Source: Vermamoeba vermiformis (taxonomy: Eukaryota). Taken from it: 64,000 nucleotides of DNA. The notes under the pieces were generated by a model, which worked only from the letters and a program-made list of their open reading frames with translations, was not told where the DNA came from and did not search any database. Shown here piece by piece: positions 12,588 through 25,702 of this stretch. The stretch covers positions 62,001 to 126,000 of the forward strand of contig JBEWZL010000089.1 of NCBI GenBank assembly GCA_045837725.1. The letters run 5' to 3'. The position numbers and the translations under genes are program-made. Every line of letters starts with the position of its first letter. Positions within the stretch are counted from its first letter, which is position 1.

Positions 12588-15361
12588 ATGGGTGCTGTTC
12601 CGACTAAGGAAGAAATTGAAAGACGAAAAAAGATCGAGGAGTATTGGAATAAAACAGCCCAAGGCAAAGTACTACGACGATCACAAGGTAGGCATTTTAT
12701 TTTAATATTAAAGATACGCTAAGATTTAGCAAATAATTAGTGAGGATTTACTTCTCCTCGAGATTTATAATTTTTATTGCCATTTTTCCAACTCGGTTTA
12801 TTTGCTAAACGATAATTAAATACCCATAGAATATCGTAATAAATTATTTATAATATCATGTTATCGATTTATTTAGCTTTCGGGCAGTGAAAATCGGTCC
12901 GTTCGCTGCACAGAGAATTTAACTGCGGAATTCCATTTATCTGATCTCATGTTAATCGCTCTATTATAGATGACAGAATTATAAGGAGCTTTTTCAATGA
13001 CTATGCAAACGGAAAAGAGTACTTAGAGCGTGAAGAAGCTTTATCTTACATAAACGATCTCATAAAAATTTCTGGTTTCGATAAGGAGATTTATAAAGAG
13101 GCTAAAGCGGCTCATGCAAGTACGAAACAACGTTATGAGGATTATGGTAAGTAAACATATCTTTCAAATATTAGTATTAATAAAGACCGTAAACTGTGAT
13201 CTCGATCGCGAGGTCGTTACACGTGAGACATACTTAGTAACATCGTTAATAATTTTACTTGTAGTTCTGGCTATATTCAACGAAATGGATCCAGACATGA
13301 CTGGAAGAATTACATACGCTCAATTAATCAAACCTAAGTTCAAAGAATGGAACGACTTTTTGCAAGTCATCAGCCAGCGAGGCTCGCGTGATAGAGAAAT
13401 TATTCGACGATTACGAAAGAGAGGTACGACCGTCATATATATATATTAAAAAAGTAAACATTGAATCGGTGCTAAAAATATCTCAGAGGTGAGACACGCT
13501 GTCAAAGAAGACAATGCGTCGTCAGATGAAGAGTTACAAGAGCAAGAAATACAGGCCGTAGATGATATGTGGAGTCAGCAAGTCGAGGAGGAAATGGCCG
13601 CTGAGGCTGGTCAAGAAGAGACCGCTTTGGACAACGCCAAATTATGTAAAATGCGCGAGGAGCAAATTCAAGAAGTGTGCGAAATTTTGCAGCTAGATGT
13701 ACAAACAGCACAATCTTTATTAACATATACGCAATGGGTATGTTGCATCATCTATTGCATCGTTACCAGCTTACTGACACTAACTAATGCGCAGGACAAC
13801 GATCGACTATTTACAGAGTATTTCGCTGACCGAGAGAAGTTATTCACGTCAGCACACTTGCAAGTGCCTCCCGAGCCAACAGAGTAAGTAGTGTAGTTAC
13901 TGGAAAGTACTCGTGACTAATGAGAATGCAGATCCAACAGTAACACTTCCGAGTCAACAAATTCGAATGAAACAGATAAGCCCAAGACATTGGAGTGTTC
14001 GATTTGTTTCGAAGAAGTCGGTGAGGGTCAGTTTACTGGCCTTGACGCGTGTCGACATTACTTCTGCAATGACTGCTGGAAGACCAATTTGACGGATGTA
14101 CAAATTAAGGAAGGTCACACGTTAGATATCACGTGCATGCACATGAATTGCAAGTCACTCGTCCCTGCTGAAGTCGTGCAGTAAGTTCGGCAATTGTGCA
14201 GTTACTCTCGAATCATGACTAATCAATCTATTTAGAAAATTGGTTGACCCAACTGTGTTTCAAAAATACGCGTCGTTCCTGTCGAAATCATTCGTCGATA
14301 GCAATTCAGAGCTGCGGTGGTGCACTGAACCGGGCTGTGATAAGGCGGTCTTTAACCCAGTCTCCGAGGGTTGTTGTCTAGTCGGCAAGTGCAGCTGTGG
14401 CAACAGATTCTGTTGGACTTGCATGCAAGAAGCTCACCCGACAATCACGTGCGAGGTACGTACATAGTTTTTAAGCGAGTTAATGCAGTACTAACATGTT
14501 GTAGACGATGAAAAACTGGATCACGATGATGGCTCAAAACGCGTCCATGCTGAAAGCTGGTGGAGGAAATCAAACAGCTGATGCGAAGACGTTGAATTGG
14601 ATTTTGTTGAACACCAAGGACTGTCCTCACTGCGGTGTTAGCGTGCAAAAGAATCAAGGTATTGCGTGTCATTGAATTACTCGCACGATAAGGGTTCTAA
14701 CACGTGTCACAGGATGTTTTGCAATGACTTGTTCCAATTGCAGCTCACAATGGTGCTGGCTCTGTTTGCAAGATTGGAGCACGCACAGAGACCACTTTAA
14801 GTGCGTCAAATACAAGGGCTTCAAGCCTGATGTAAGTACACGTTTTGATGCTGAAGGCATGTGCTGACTTGACTAGGACAATGCTCGCTTTGTCATGGGT
14901 GATATGAAGAAGCGCAAGAGGCGATACAAAATGGCGTACTTCTACAACATGTACAAGCAACAAGACGACTCCATGAAGACATTCGCCAGCAAGCGAGATC
15001 ATTTGCGCGTGTTGGGCGTGCAACTCACGTCAAGTATTTCCGAGGACTTCGACACGAGTTTCATCGAAGAGGCACTGAGCGAGCTGAAGGACTGCCGCTT
15101 AGCCTTGAAGTACTCTTTTGTTTGGGCGTTCTATCAAAGGAAAAAGCACAAAAGAACTGTCTACGAGTTCTTGCAGGTACGTCACAGCACGTGTCAGCGG
15201 TTACAAAAACTAAACTTGTTTCGCAGGGCAACTTAGAAATGGTCGTCACCAAGTTATTATCAGGTTTAGAGCAGCCATTAGGACAGTTTTCTCCAAGCGA
15301 AATTAGGAAATTAATTAAAGTCGCTGAAAAAACCAGATTACATCTGCTGGAGTTCAAATAA
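12588..15361 (+). CDS. Ariadne-type RBR E3 ubiquitin ligase with an N-terminal MG start and EF-hand module (spliced)
   Basis: RING1 CSICFE..CRHYFCNDCW..CMHMNC, IBR WCTEPGC..CSCGNRFCWTC..AHPTITC, RING2 TKDCPHC..KNQGCFAMTC..WCWLC, Ariadne domain CRLALKYSFVWAFY..YEFLQ. Upstream exons (MGAVPTK..FNEMDPDMTGRITYAQL) join in frame through intron 13424-13486. Confidence 0.85.
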
Positions 15362-15766
15362 TGAGCTCTAGCTTGTCGATAGCATTCAATCGATACTGTA
15401 CAATAAATTTGACCCGATGAATCCAATTATAATCATTATTGTGGCTGAAAGATTTGAAAGATATTTTGATCAAGGATCAGATCGAGCTTGTACCCTTCCG
15501 AAGGGAAGCGTTGGCGGCAGATCTATTGCTTGACTTTTTATTTAAACTTGGCAAGCGTTGAATTAAAACGTTGCTGGTCGCGGATCCAAAATTAGTTAAC
15601 TCGCAAATCACTTCGTCAGTAGCTGTCATTTAAATAAAATTTAGTTGCGATATGGTCGTTCATTTAAACTTCAGTAATTACAGTGACACCACCTAGGGTG
15701 TTTTTGCAAGTGAATTAGTTTTAATAAACTAAACCGTCCGATTCTCTTTCACCACAAGACCCAACA

Positions 15767-18700
15767 ATGTCCGGTAAAGAGAAGAAGACGAGCTCGTCTC
15801 ATAAGAGCTCGAAGGACAAATCGCATCATAAAGATAAAGGACCTGGAAGTGGCAAGGTGCGAGATCCAAACGCGTGGAAAGCATATGAAAAGAATCTGAA
15901 GGGTATCTTGGCAAAAAGTCAATCACCCGACCTTTTAGAATTTCCCAAAGATGATATTCGTATTGTAACCAAGTCTAGAGATGCATTCATACCGGTAAGT
16001 TGATAATTAAATTCCAGATCTTAAATTTCATTTCCAACCCAATATTTGTGAATATTTCGCTTCATAGGCGATTACTCACAATAATAACAATGCCAATTAT
16101 ACTCGCGGATGATTCTCCGCTATTTGTTTGTTCTAAAATCAGCAGATGAAAGAGATATTTAAATTGCAAAATTAATTAAGCAACAAAATTGCACACATTT
16201 AGAGTGTCAAGTTTATAATGCTCATTTAACGATTTCCTCGACAATATTAATCACCGACCATTTTAAACTGACAGGATGAGGTTCAAAAAGAACTCCCCAA
16301 GGTCCCTGGTCATATGCAAGACATGATCGATGTATTTAGAAGAGATTGGGTGCAGGTACGCATTTAATATTTCCATTAATCGGCCATTCAATGCACGGAT
16401 AAATTTTTGCTATTATTAGTGATTTGCTTCAAACTCATTCAAATATTGCAATTATACGTACGGCGTATTTTATCAGTATTCGTACTTTATTTCAAATTAG
16501 CATTCAATTCAGCGTCACATTGAAATTTAAAAGGAGATCTCACGCGAGTTAATCGACTCGAGTTGAATAGTGTGCGATTATGTAAAGATTAAAACCGCAC
16601 GTAATATTTTTGTATAACCATTTCAGATTTAAAAGAATGCTTTTTCCTGTTGGATCGGCCGTGTACTAATATTTAATTTGATTTAATTTAGGTTGAATAT
16701 GCTCATAGAAAGAATCACGGTGGCAAATCATTGGTTCCAATTGTCGACGGAGCAGATCTGCCTGAATTTTCTTTTGAGGTACTGTTGGATCTTGGAAGTG
16801 TTTGTAATGGTCATTAATCTCGCATATTTTAGCTCGATACACAACAGTCCATTGAACGTGCGATGGGTTTAGTCGGAGAACGAGCGCTGTCAGCACGCAA
16901 AGCACAAACGAGCGACTCACCGCCCGGCACTCCGAGTCTCGCGCGGACTAACTCCACGGGCTCTGAGTACGACATTTACATTGTAATCTCACAACAGGTC
17001 CTAACCAATTGATTTGCAGTGCGAAGCCACGTTCCTTATCGAGAGTTGCGTCCCCTCGTGATTCAGTTGTGAGCAGTACTGATGGTGAGTGTTTGTCCTC
17101 GTTACATGCTCGTGTTCATATCTAATACGTCCTGTGGCAAGGCTCTCCAAAAGCTTCTCGCAAAGGCAGCTCTGATCCGCTGAACGTACCTGGATCCGAG
17201 AATGGAACTCCTTCGACCTCGCCTCCTGCAGCACGGAAAGAAGGCTCGAGCGAAGAACAACCAGTTAATGTACCGTCGATTATATTGCAAGACATTGCTG
17301 GGCGACCGTAAGTATTTGACGAGTAATTTGGTTGTTGATAACGAATTAGTTTTATTGACACACGTCGTAACAGGGCCTTGTCAAATGAAATGTTGAAGAA
17401 ATACAACGAAACTGAGGACCGAGAACACATTAATAGCTTAATCGTAAGTATTGCATTTATTTCACAATGTTAAATCGATTGTATCTGATTCATCCGTCAC
17501 CTTTAGCACAAGATCCGCAATGACGTGTTTCACATGTACAATCCCAAAGACGAGTTGAAAGTGACCGATGACCGTACTAATGTCGAGTGGGAAGTTCCGC
17601 CACCAGTCATCGAGTTCTTATTTCGACCCAAGGCTATTTTGTTCGACGTTCAAGACATCGAGCCGCAGTACTTCGTTAGCATGGCACTGTACGACATTGA
17701 CACGAAGAGCAAAATCACGGAAACTGTCTACTTTGATCTCAGCAGCAAGAGCTTATTGGTGAGTCACTGCCAGTTTAATTGCGTTTTAATTTTATCTAAC
17801 TTCAATTGTAGCAACCATTCGCTGCACGCTTCTCGTTGTCGTACATGAGCCCCACAATCTACGGTCTGATCAGAGTCGAGAAAGTTTTGCAGGGTGATAT
17901 TGAAGCCATATTGGAGAACTACTCCCTTGACGTACGTTCAGCAAATCGATCTTTTGACGTGTCACTAATGAGCAATACAGGCTAAAAGCAAAGACTTGGA
18001 GCGATTGAAGGAAGAGGCCAACTCGTTGTTCAAACAACACGGAGCCAAGTACCGTCAAATGATGTGCTGGGGTGTCGTTCAATTGTTCGACGACGACTCA
18101 GAAAAGTTTTTGTCCGGCACCGACAAGAAGATTCCCATCTACAAAGCCAAGGGCATCGATGACGCATTGCTCTGGGAATTGGCCTCGACCAAGGAGTTCA
18201 GGCGCTTGAAGCCAATGAACGGAGGCATGATTGTTGACATTGTGGCTTGTGAAGGCTACGCAGGTCTCGCTGCTTCCAGTGACTCCATCCAGCGCCCACA
18301 GAGTGCACGAACAGCAAGCCGTCGCACATTTAAGGATGACGATGACAGCAGTGGCTCAGGCAAGCACATGTCTATGGACAAGGACATGATTGAGAAGTTG
18401 AAAGACGGCAAGGGTTCAGTCAAGGCCAAAAAGTTGCAAAAGATGGACAGCGCGAAGAGCATGTTTGAGGACAAGGGCAAAGACAAAGAGAAGGACGATG
18501 AAGACCTCAAGCGCATGCAACGCACTAAGAGCACGGGCAAGATTAAATCTCCGCGCGAAATTAGCAAAGAAAAAGAAAGGGCTGAGGCAGGACGTCAAAC
18601 AATTGATCCGATTCAAAAAGAAGCACCGGCTGCTAACCCGGCCAAACTTCCTTCACCTCCGCCACCCAAACATTTCCCGCCCCCACCTCCCGGCACAAAT

Positions 18701-21700
18701 CCAGCACCTGTACAGACAGCCGCACAAGCGCAAGGCAACGGACCCGCGCCCGTAAAGCAGCCATTGCCTGGTGACGTTAAAGGTGGTGTTAAGCTTCCGT
18801 TTGCTAAACTTCCTCCAGGCAAAATCCCTTTGAAAGGTCCCCCTCCCAAGGAAGGTGTCAAAGCTCCTCTCAAAGTTGGCGGTCCATTGCCCCCACCAAA
18901 GTACGTAGCAATATTTTCAATACCAAAAACCCAGTTTAACCTCTCGAATAGGAAAGGACTTGCCTGTCGGTCCAAAGGGCCCTAAGATGCCCGTTAATTT
19001 GCCACCGCCTCCTTCATTGGCAGCATCGGCCGAGTTACCTCCTCCTATAGCTAACTTGCCTCCGCCATTGCCTCTTGATCTGCCTCCACCTGTCATTGAA
19101 AATCTGCCGCCGCCACCCATTGACCTTCCAGTGCCTGTTCAACCTTCTGGCAACAGTCCGAACACGAGCCCGCGAGGTCCTTTGCCGAAGCCTCCTAGCC
19201 CGCGCACATTAGGACAACTCCCTCAGCCACCAAGTCCACGCACAATGGGTGAACAACCGCCCAGCCCTCGTACTCAGCCTCAAGCGCCGCAAGGAAACAT
19301 TTCACCTCGCCGTGAGAGCACATCGGAGATAGCCGCGCCACTGCCAACAGCAGCCTCTAATTCGTCTCTCTCACCTCCACCCGAGTCACCTCGAGCACAC
19401 TCTCGTGACAGATCTCAATCGCGCTTCTCTGCAGTGAGGTACGTTTGCTTCTGTTTCAGTGAGCTTTTACTAACAATTGCTTTAGCGCTGAGTTGGATGA
19501 GCACATTCAAATCCCTGTCGCTGAGTTCTTGGGACAGAACGACATTAGCTATCCCAACGTCACCTACGTGAACAATCTTTACGTCTACCCACTCTCAGTC
19601 AAGTTTGCTACTAAGAATGTAAGTGCGACTTAGTCCGTTTAGCAAGTGTTAATCTTCGGAATCCAGAACTCTTCCGCATCGGGTAAAAACATTTGCGTGA
19701 AGGTGCACCTCCGAAGAGACGACACTGACCTTGAAGCAAACCCATTGAAGCGTTTGATTGGTCGAGATGGCGAGTTAGTGCGAGAATACACAACTTCAAT
19801 CACATTCCACACCAAGAGACCCAGCTTTTACGATGAGATCAAAATCCAATTGCCACCTCAGATTTCAAGCAGCTATCACTTGGTGTTCAGCTTCTATCAT
19901 ATTAAGGACAACAACAGCGAAAAGAAGACTAAGAAGTCCGTTGAATTGGAGACTTTGTTGGGTCAAGCCGTGCTCCCTATCTGCCCCGAAGAGAGAGCTA
20001 TTGCTGACGACGAGCACGCATTGCCTGTCGCGACCTCACTGCCCAAGTCCTCGTACCTGCAACCATCAGCTCAAAAGTCAATTAAGTGGCTCGAAGGCAA
20101 GAAAGAGTTGTTCACAGTGGCCACTCGTCTCGAGTCGACAGTGCTCACCTCTGACAAGACCATTGACGACTTCTTCAAGTTCTACAACATGAAGAACCTC
20201 TACGAGACTGCCAAAGCTCTTCACGCCTTTGCCTTGGTCCCCGACAGAATCTTGATCCAATTCTTCCCTAGCTTGATGCACATGCTCTTGCGTGTCATTT
20301 GCGATAAGAAGTTTAACTCGGGCGAGTTCCAAATGCCGCCTCCGCAGTTAGACAACAAAGGCAATCCTCTGCCGCAAGTCAAGCTGAAGCCAACAAACAT
20401 TGAGGCCTTCAAAGCAATTCTTCTACTGTTGCCGTTAGTCCACAAGAAGTTTGGTGACAAGCCACTCAAGGCGTTTGTGACGAGCTTCTTCACGAACTTT
20501 GGCGACGAGAACTCGACCGAACAACAAACCCGCGAGAAGTTTGGCTTTGTCTTCGAAGAGATCCCCAAGCTTTGGCTGCAAAGTGTGCAAGAAGACGTAA
20601 GTAGTAGAAGCACAACATCATTTGTTTCTAACCGACCACCATTGTAGGCTGACAAGAAGGACACTATCTTCAAGTTTTCATGGTTCTTCTTGCCGTTAGT
20701 CACGAAGTCCATGTTGTTGTACGCGTTGAAGTACAAGCGAGAAGCAGCTCGTGAAGAACGATTCCCGACCGATGCATTAGAGAAGATCCGTGTCTTGTTC
20801 TTGCTGTTGACCTCACAAATGAAACGAGACTGGAGCAAGAAAACTATTCGCGCTACATTGGCTTTCAACAAGAACATGGCCTATTTCTTGACTGACACCT
20901 TCGCCATTGTCGACCGAGGATTTTTGCTTGAAGCCGTGAGTTCAATAATTGTCTGACCAAGCCGACTTAAACTGACGTTCGTGGCAGGTTCGCACGTATG
21001 CAAAGATGATTACAGCGGGCTACTCGTTGTTCGTGACGTCATTGAAGTTCGACTTCCTTCGCGTCATCATTGACTACGAGCACTACGTCCCGTTGAACGT
21101 GCCTCACGACATTGGCATCTCGTCTCTTGAGAAGCTTCAAAAGGCCTTCAAAAAGAAGCACTACTTGTCTGGCCTGTTGCTGAAGGACGTGTCTGAGTTC
21201 ATTGCAAGCGAGGATTCCTTGGCCAGGCAACAGATTTTGGGCATTTTACGCAATATCTTGTGGAAACACGAGTTCGACAAGCGATACAAGGCCAAAGAAC
21301 TCATCTCGGCCATGTACTTCCCTTACGTGCTCAACGTTGTCCACTCCACCGAACATTTGGAGCGATTGCCACAAGCCGAGCTGCGTGAATGGTTGATCTG
21401 CTTCTTGTACATTCTAAAGAACTGCAGTCGTCAGTTAGTTCGTGACTGGCTGAACAAAGAGACGGCGGACCATCGCATTGCCTTGCTCACTGTGTTCCGT
21501 CAGTGCTTGGAAGCTTTTGGCGTAAGTTTATTCGATATTGACACGTGTCATGGCATCTATTAACTGGTTTTTAGTACCCCGGCAAAACAGTTCTTGAGCA
21601 GACTAGTCAATCGCGCAACAAACCGACGCCCGAGCCTCATTCTAACAGCACACAGGACGCTGCCATCTATCCTTTGAACTTGTTCGGTGAAGTCACCGAT

Positions 21701-24426
21701 CATTTGTTGGGCAGAGGTAGAACAGCCTTGATTACAGAACAGCCAGAACTAGTTCTAATTTGTTGTGTTTCAGTGCCAGAGAAGAAGACTGGCTCGGTCA
21801 GGTTGGAGAAGTCTTTGACGAGCTCAACTTCGTCGCGAAAGTTCTCGACAATTAACAAACTTCCACTTGGTAGCTTAACCCTCCGGAGTAATTATAACGT
21901 AGTTCGGTATCATTAACTCAACATTTGTAGGCTTCAATTTTGATTTCCGTGGACCAGCCGAAAAGAAATCTTTTGTTTACGAGGTCAAGAAAGAAAGTGC
22001 CTTGAACGTGGAGGTCAGCTTCACCGTGCTCGATTTGTTGAACGACTTCACCGAAGATTTCAAAGAGGATTTGAACTCGAGAGGTACAGTGCTAAGCGTA
22101 CTATATGCACCTCTTATATTAACTCTCTCGTGTCCGGCTACAGATAGTGAAGTCATGCCCAACGTCGTCAGATTGATCATTCGATTGCTGCAAAAGCCTC
22201 AAGCCAAAGAATTCTCATTGGCGCTGTTGTGGTACCTGCGTCACTTCATCAAGACGTTTGCACGACCACTGTTCACTTTTGGCGACAACAACTACGTCGG
22301 TGAACTGACAGCAGAGATTATTCGCATGTGCAACTTCCAAGACGATGACGTGCGACCTCAAGCCACGTCACTCTTGTTCTGGATGATGAAGGTTAACTAT
22401 AGGCAGTTGCGCAATTTCAACTTGATGAAGTTGCAAACTACCGTCGCGGTGTCCAAGTTGGTCAGTAACACGACCACGCAAGACTTCCGCTTGTTGTACA
22501 AAGGTCTTGAGGCCCTCGGAGAGTTCGGCTTGACTCGCGCTGAACAATTGAAGGACCATTCTGACAACAAGAAATACGGTACGTGATACTGTTGTGCACT
22601 GTCACGCAGCAACTCATCGATTGTTTCACAGAGAAAGCCAAGATGTTCGGTGATCAGTTGAAGGACTTTTCATCGAGTCTCTTCGTCGTGTTGAATAACT
22701 GCTTGAAGATCAACGAGTACAAGCACGATCCTGAAGTCACTTCTGAGCTGTTCTATCAAACTTCGGTAAGTGGTCACGTGCTGTGCAAAAGTTAATTTGA
22801 ACTAACACGGACCCAGCTGGGTTACACCAACTCTCCTGAACTGCGTATCAGCTGGCTCGAGAACTTGGCTCAGTTCCATTTCGGCAAAGAGAACTTTGAA
22901 GACGCCGCACAGTGCAAGTTGTACATCGCTTACATGGTGACTAAAGTGCTTCGGTTCTTGTACAAGCGACAGAACAACTTGGTGGCTCTCAGCGGTAAGT
23001 CTTTATGACGTCCTCCTCTTTTAACTCCAAACTAATATGGTGACGTAATTAGTGTTACCCGAGCCTGAGGCCTTTGCTAAAGTTGCTACCAATGCTGACA
23101 GAGAATTGCCCTTGCCTGATCTCTCACACGTACGAATAATTAATTACAGTAGTTTGGGCGAGTACTTACGCAGTATACAGGCCGAAGAAGAGATTGCTAA
23201 CTCGCGAATTTTCACTGAGCGCAACTTGCTGGATCAATTGGCCAAGGCAATTGAGTGGCTGAACATGGCCAAGTTCTACGAGCACACCATTGAGGTCTAC
23301 AACTTGTTGATCCCTATGCTGCAGAAACGTAACGAATACGTGCGGTTGAGCAAGTGTTACCAAGAGCTCGTCACGATCTGTAAAAATTTGGCAGATCCAT
23401 CGATGGTACGGTGAATTCTTTGAGCAATGTCAAGTACTAACACATTGAATAGAACGAAGGTCGTATTTGGAGTCTGTATTATCGTGTCGTGTTCTATGGC
23501 AACAAGTGGGGCGATCTCGACGGCAAAGAATTCATCTACAAAGCACCTGTCGGCATTCGCATTGCTGAAATGACGACCAAGCTGCAAAGTCAATTTGAGA
23601 TTCAAATGGGCCGCATCAAAGTGCAGCAACTGACCAACATCAAGGACATCAACAAGAGCGAGCTCAACCCCGACATTGCGTACTTCCAGATTGTCGGTGT
23701 CACGCCGTACTTCGACAGCGAGGAGTTGTTGCGCAAGACCACTCAAGGATCACGAAATTTCGCGCTGAGTAAGTCATTTTTGGTGCTATACCTCGGACTA
23801 GTGCGTTAATTATGGCCCTAGAATGCTTCTTGTGGGAGAGACCGTTCGTGTCCGAGAACAAAGCACACGGCTCAGTGGGCGAGCAAAAGAAGATCAAGAC
23901 TTATTTCTTCACGGACGTTGCTTATCCTTACTTGATCAATCGCTTGCCCATCACGAACAAGACGCAAGAGATTTTGAGCCCGATTGAAAACTCGATTGAT
24001 TTGATCGAGGACAAGGTCCGCACCATTCGCGAACAGTTGAGCAGTCCTGCGCCCAATCCGAAGAAGGTTCAAATTGTCTTGGCAGGCACCATCTCACCTT
24101 GTAAGTTTTGAATTATTGGTTGCGAAGGGTAACGTAAGATTTCTAACCGATTTTTCACAGCTGTTCATGCGGGTGTGACGGAGATTTGTGACACATTCCT
24201 CTTGAACACATCGAATTATCCCGCTGACCAAGTCGCCAAGCTCATCGCGACCATCCAAGACATGGTCAAGCTGTGCACTTTTGGCTTGTCCCTGAGCAGA
24301 CGCTTGAGTGTGGATGACAAGGCGCAAGACGAGTTCCACAAGAACTTGCACAAGAATCTTCTCGGACTCAAACAAGTGTTGCTCGACAAATACAAAATTG
24401 ACACGGGCAGCTTTGGAGGCATGTAA
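15767..24426 (+). CDS. DOCK-family Rho GEF, zizimin / DOCK-C/D type, with DHR1 (C2) and DHR2 domains (multi-exon)
   Basis: IEPQYFVSMALYD..KITETVYFD. DHR1 NNLYVYP..KNICVKV..PSFYDEIKIQLP..HLVFSFYHI. DHR2 GYTNSPELRISWLENLA, YYRVVFYG..LDGKEFIYK, SPIENSID and nucleotide sensor PSVHAG. Confidence 0.95.
21539..21550. repeat. 12-bp palindrome TGACACGTGTCA, intronic copy 3
   Basis: Inside a DOCK intron (gtaagt..ttttag). Confidence 0.9.
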
Positions 24427-24592
24427 TTGGACTCGCTAAGTATGCAGTCCTCGTGCTCTGTACACTAAAACAATACATCCGCACAATGTTTCTTTTATAA
24501 TAAATAACACCTTATCTTTGAAATCCTGTTACTTTTATGTACCACGGATCTATATACAAATCTTTATTTGTAGCCTCGTCATAATTACAACA

Positions 24593-25621
24593 TTAATCCT
24601 CATCCTCCTGCTCTGGATATACAAAAACATCACCTCCTTTTTCTACAATTGTAAATCCATCCCCAGATAACCATGAACAAATTTTGTCCCAACTGAAAGG
24701 ACAATCTTTTTGATGACTTTTTGGGCTTGTGTCGTGAATATATTTCGCGCATATCAAACTTTTAATTCGGAACATCGTGCTTGTTGCTAGCTGGCACACA
24801 TCTTTCGGAAATTCAAGTCCAGCTTCATGAGCATATTTCAGAATTTCTAAGTGTCCACCATAAAATGCCGAATAGCAAATGGCAGGGGTCCACTTGTTCT
24901 CCTTCTCGTTGAAATATTTGATGATGTGCAAATGTCCTTTTTCCGCTGCTACGGCCAATATATCATCGTGCCATTTTGCTGCTCCTTTATCAAGAACGTA
25001 CTTGATACATTCGAGATGACCATTCTGTGCACCAATAATCAAATCTCTGCTGTCAAAGTAACCTCCGTGTTCAAGGATATATTTGAGGCAATCTAATGAG
25101 CCTCGTGCAATTGCTGTTCCGCAAATTTCCCACTCTAGTCTACCGCAATTCTGATGCACATAGATCAAGCAACTGAGATAGTTGAGTGATACTAAAAAAT
25201 TCTGAAAAGCCCCCCAACGTTCTTTGGCGTTCTGGATCCCAAGTTGTCTTTTGTGAGCATTACATAAGGCATTGATTTGTTTGGACACCGAGGAAATGAA
25301 TGCTAATTCGACGTGCTGACAAAATGTCACTTCTTCTGGGGGATAATTGTAACTAGTTATTTTGCTAATAATAATTCTCCAAATGTCATTTGGTAATTGC
25401 ACCTAAAATGGCCATAAATTAATTTGCTTACATATTTTACTAATTGCGGTTATTAATTAATAATTGAATTGATAATTTTTAATTATCAGATGTCAAGTGG
25501 TTGCTCCAAGAACATGAAAATAACTAGTGCTTACAATATGATGCATATCAAATGAAGGGTTATAAGATTGATGGCGAGTGGATATTCCTTTCTTCTGCTG
25601 GAGGCAATTAAACGCAAACAT
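24593..25621 (-). CDS. F-box-like + ankyrin repeat protein of the amoeba/giant-virus type
   Basis: QLPNDIWRIIISK F-box-like start. Repeats AIARGSLDCLKYILEHG, GAQNGHLECIKYVLDKG, AAEKGHLHIIKYFNE, AFYGGHLEILKYAHEAG. The main exon is 24593-25402; the short first exon is inferred. Confidence 0.8.
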
Positions 25622-25702
25622 CGGATCTAAAATTTAAACTTTTCTATTTACTTTAAATACATTTACAAGATTAAATAAGGGTTTTGTTTTCGCAAGGTAT
25701 TA

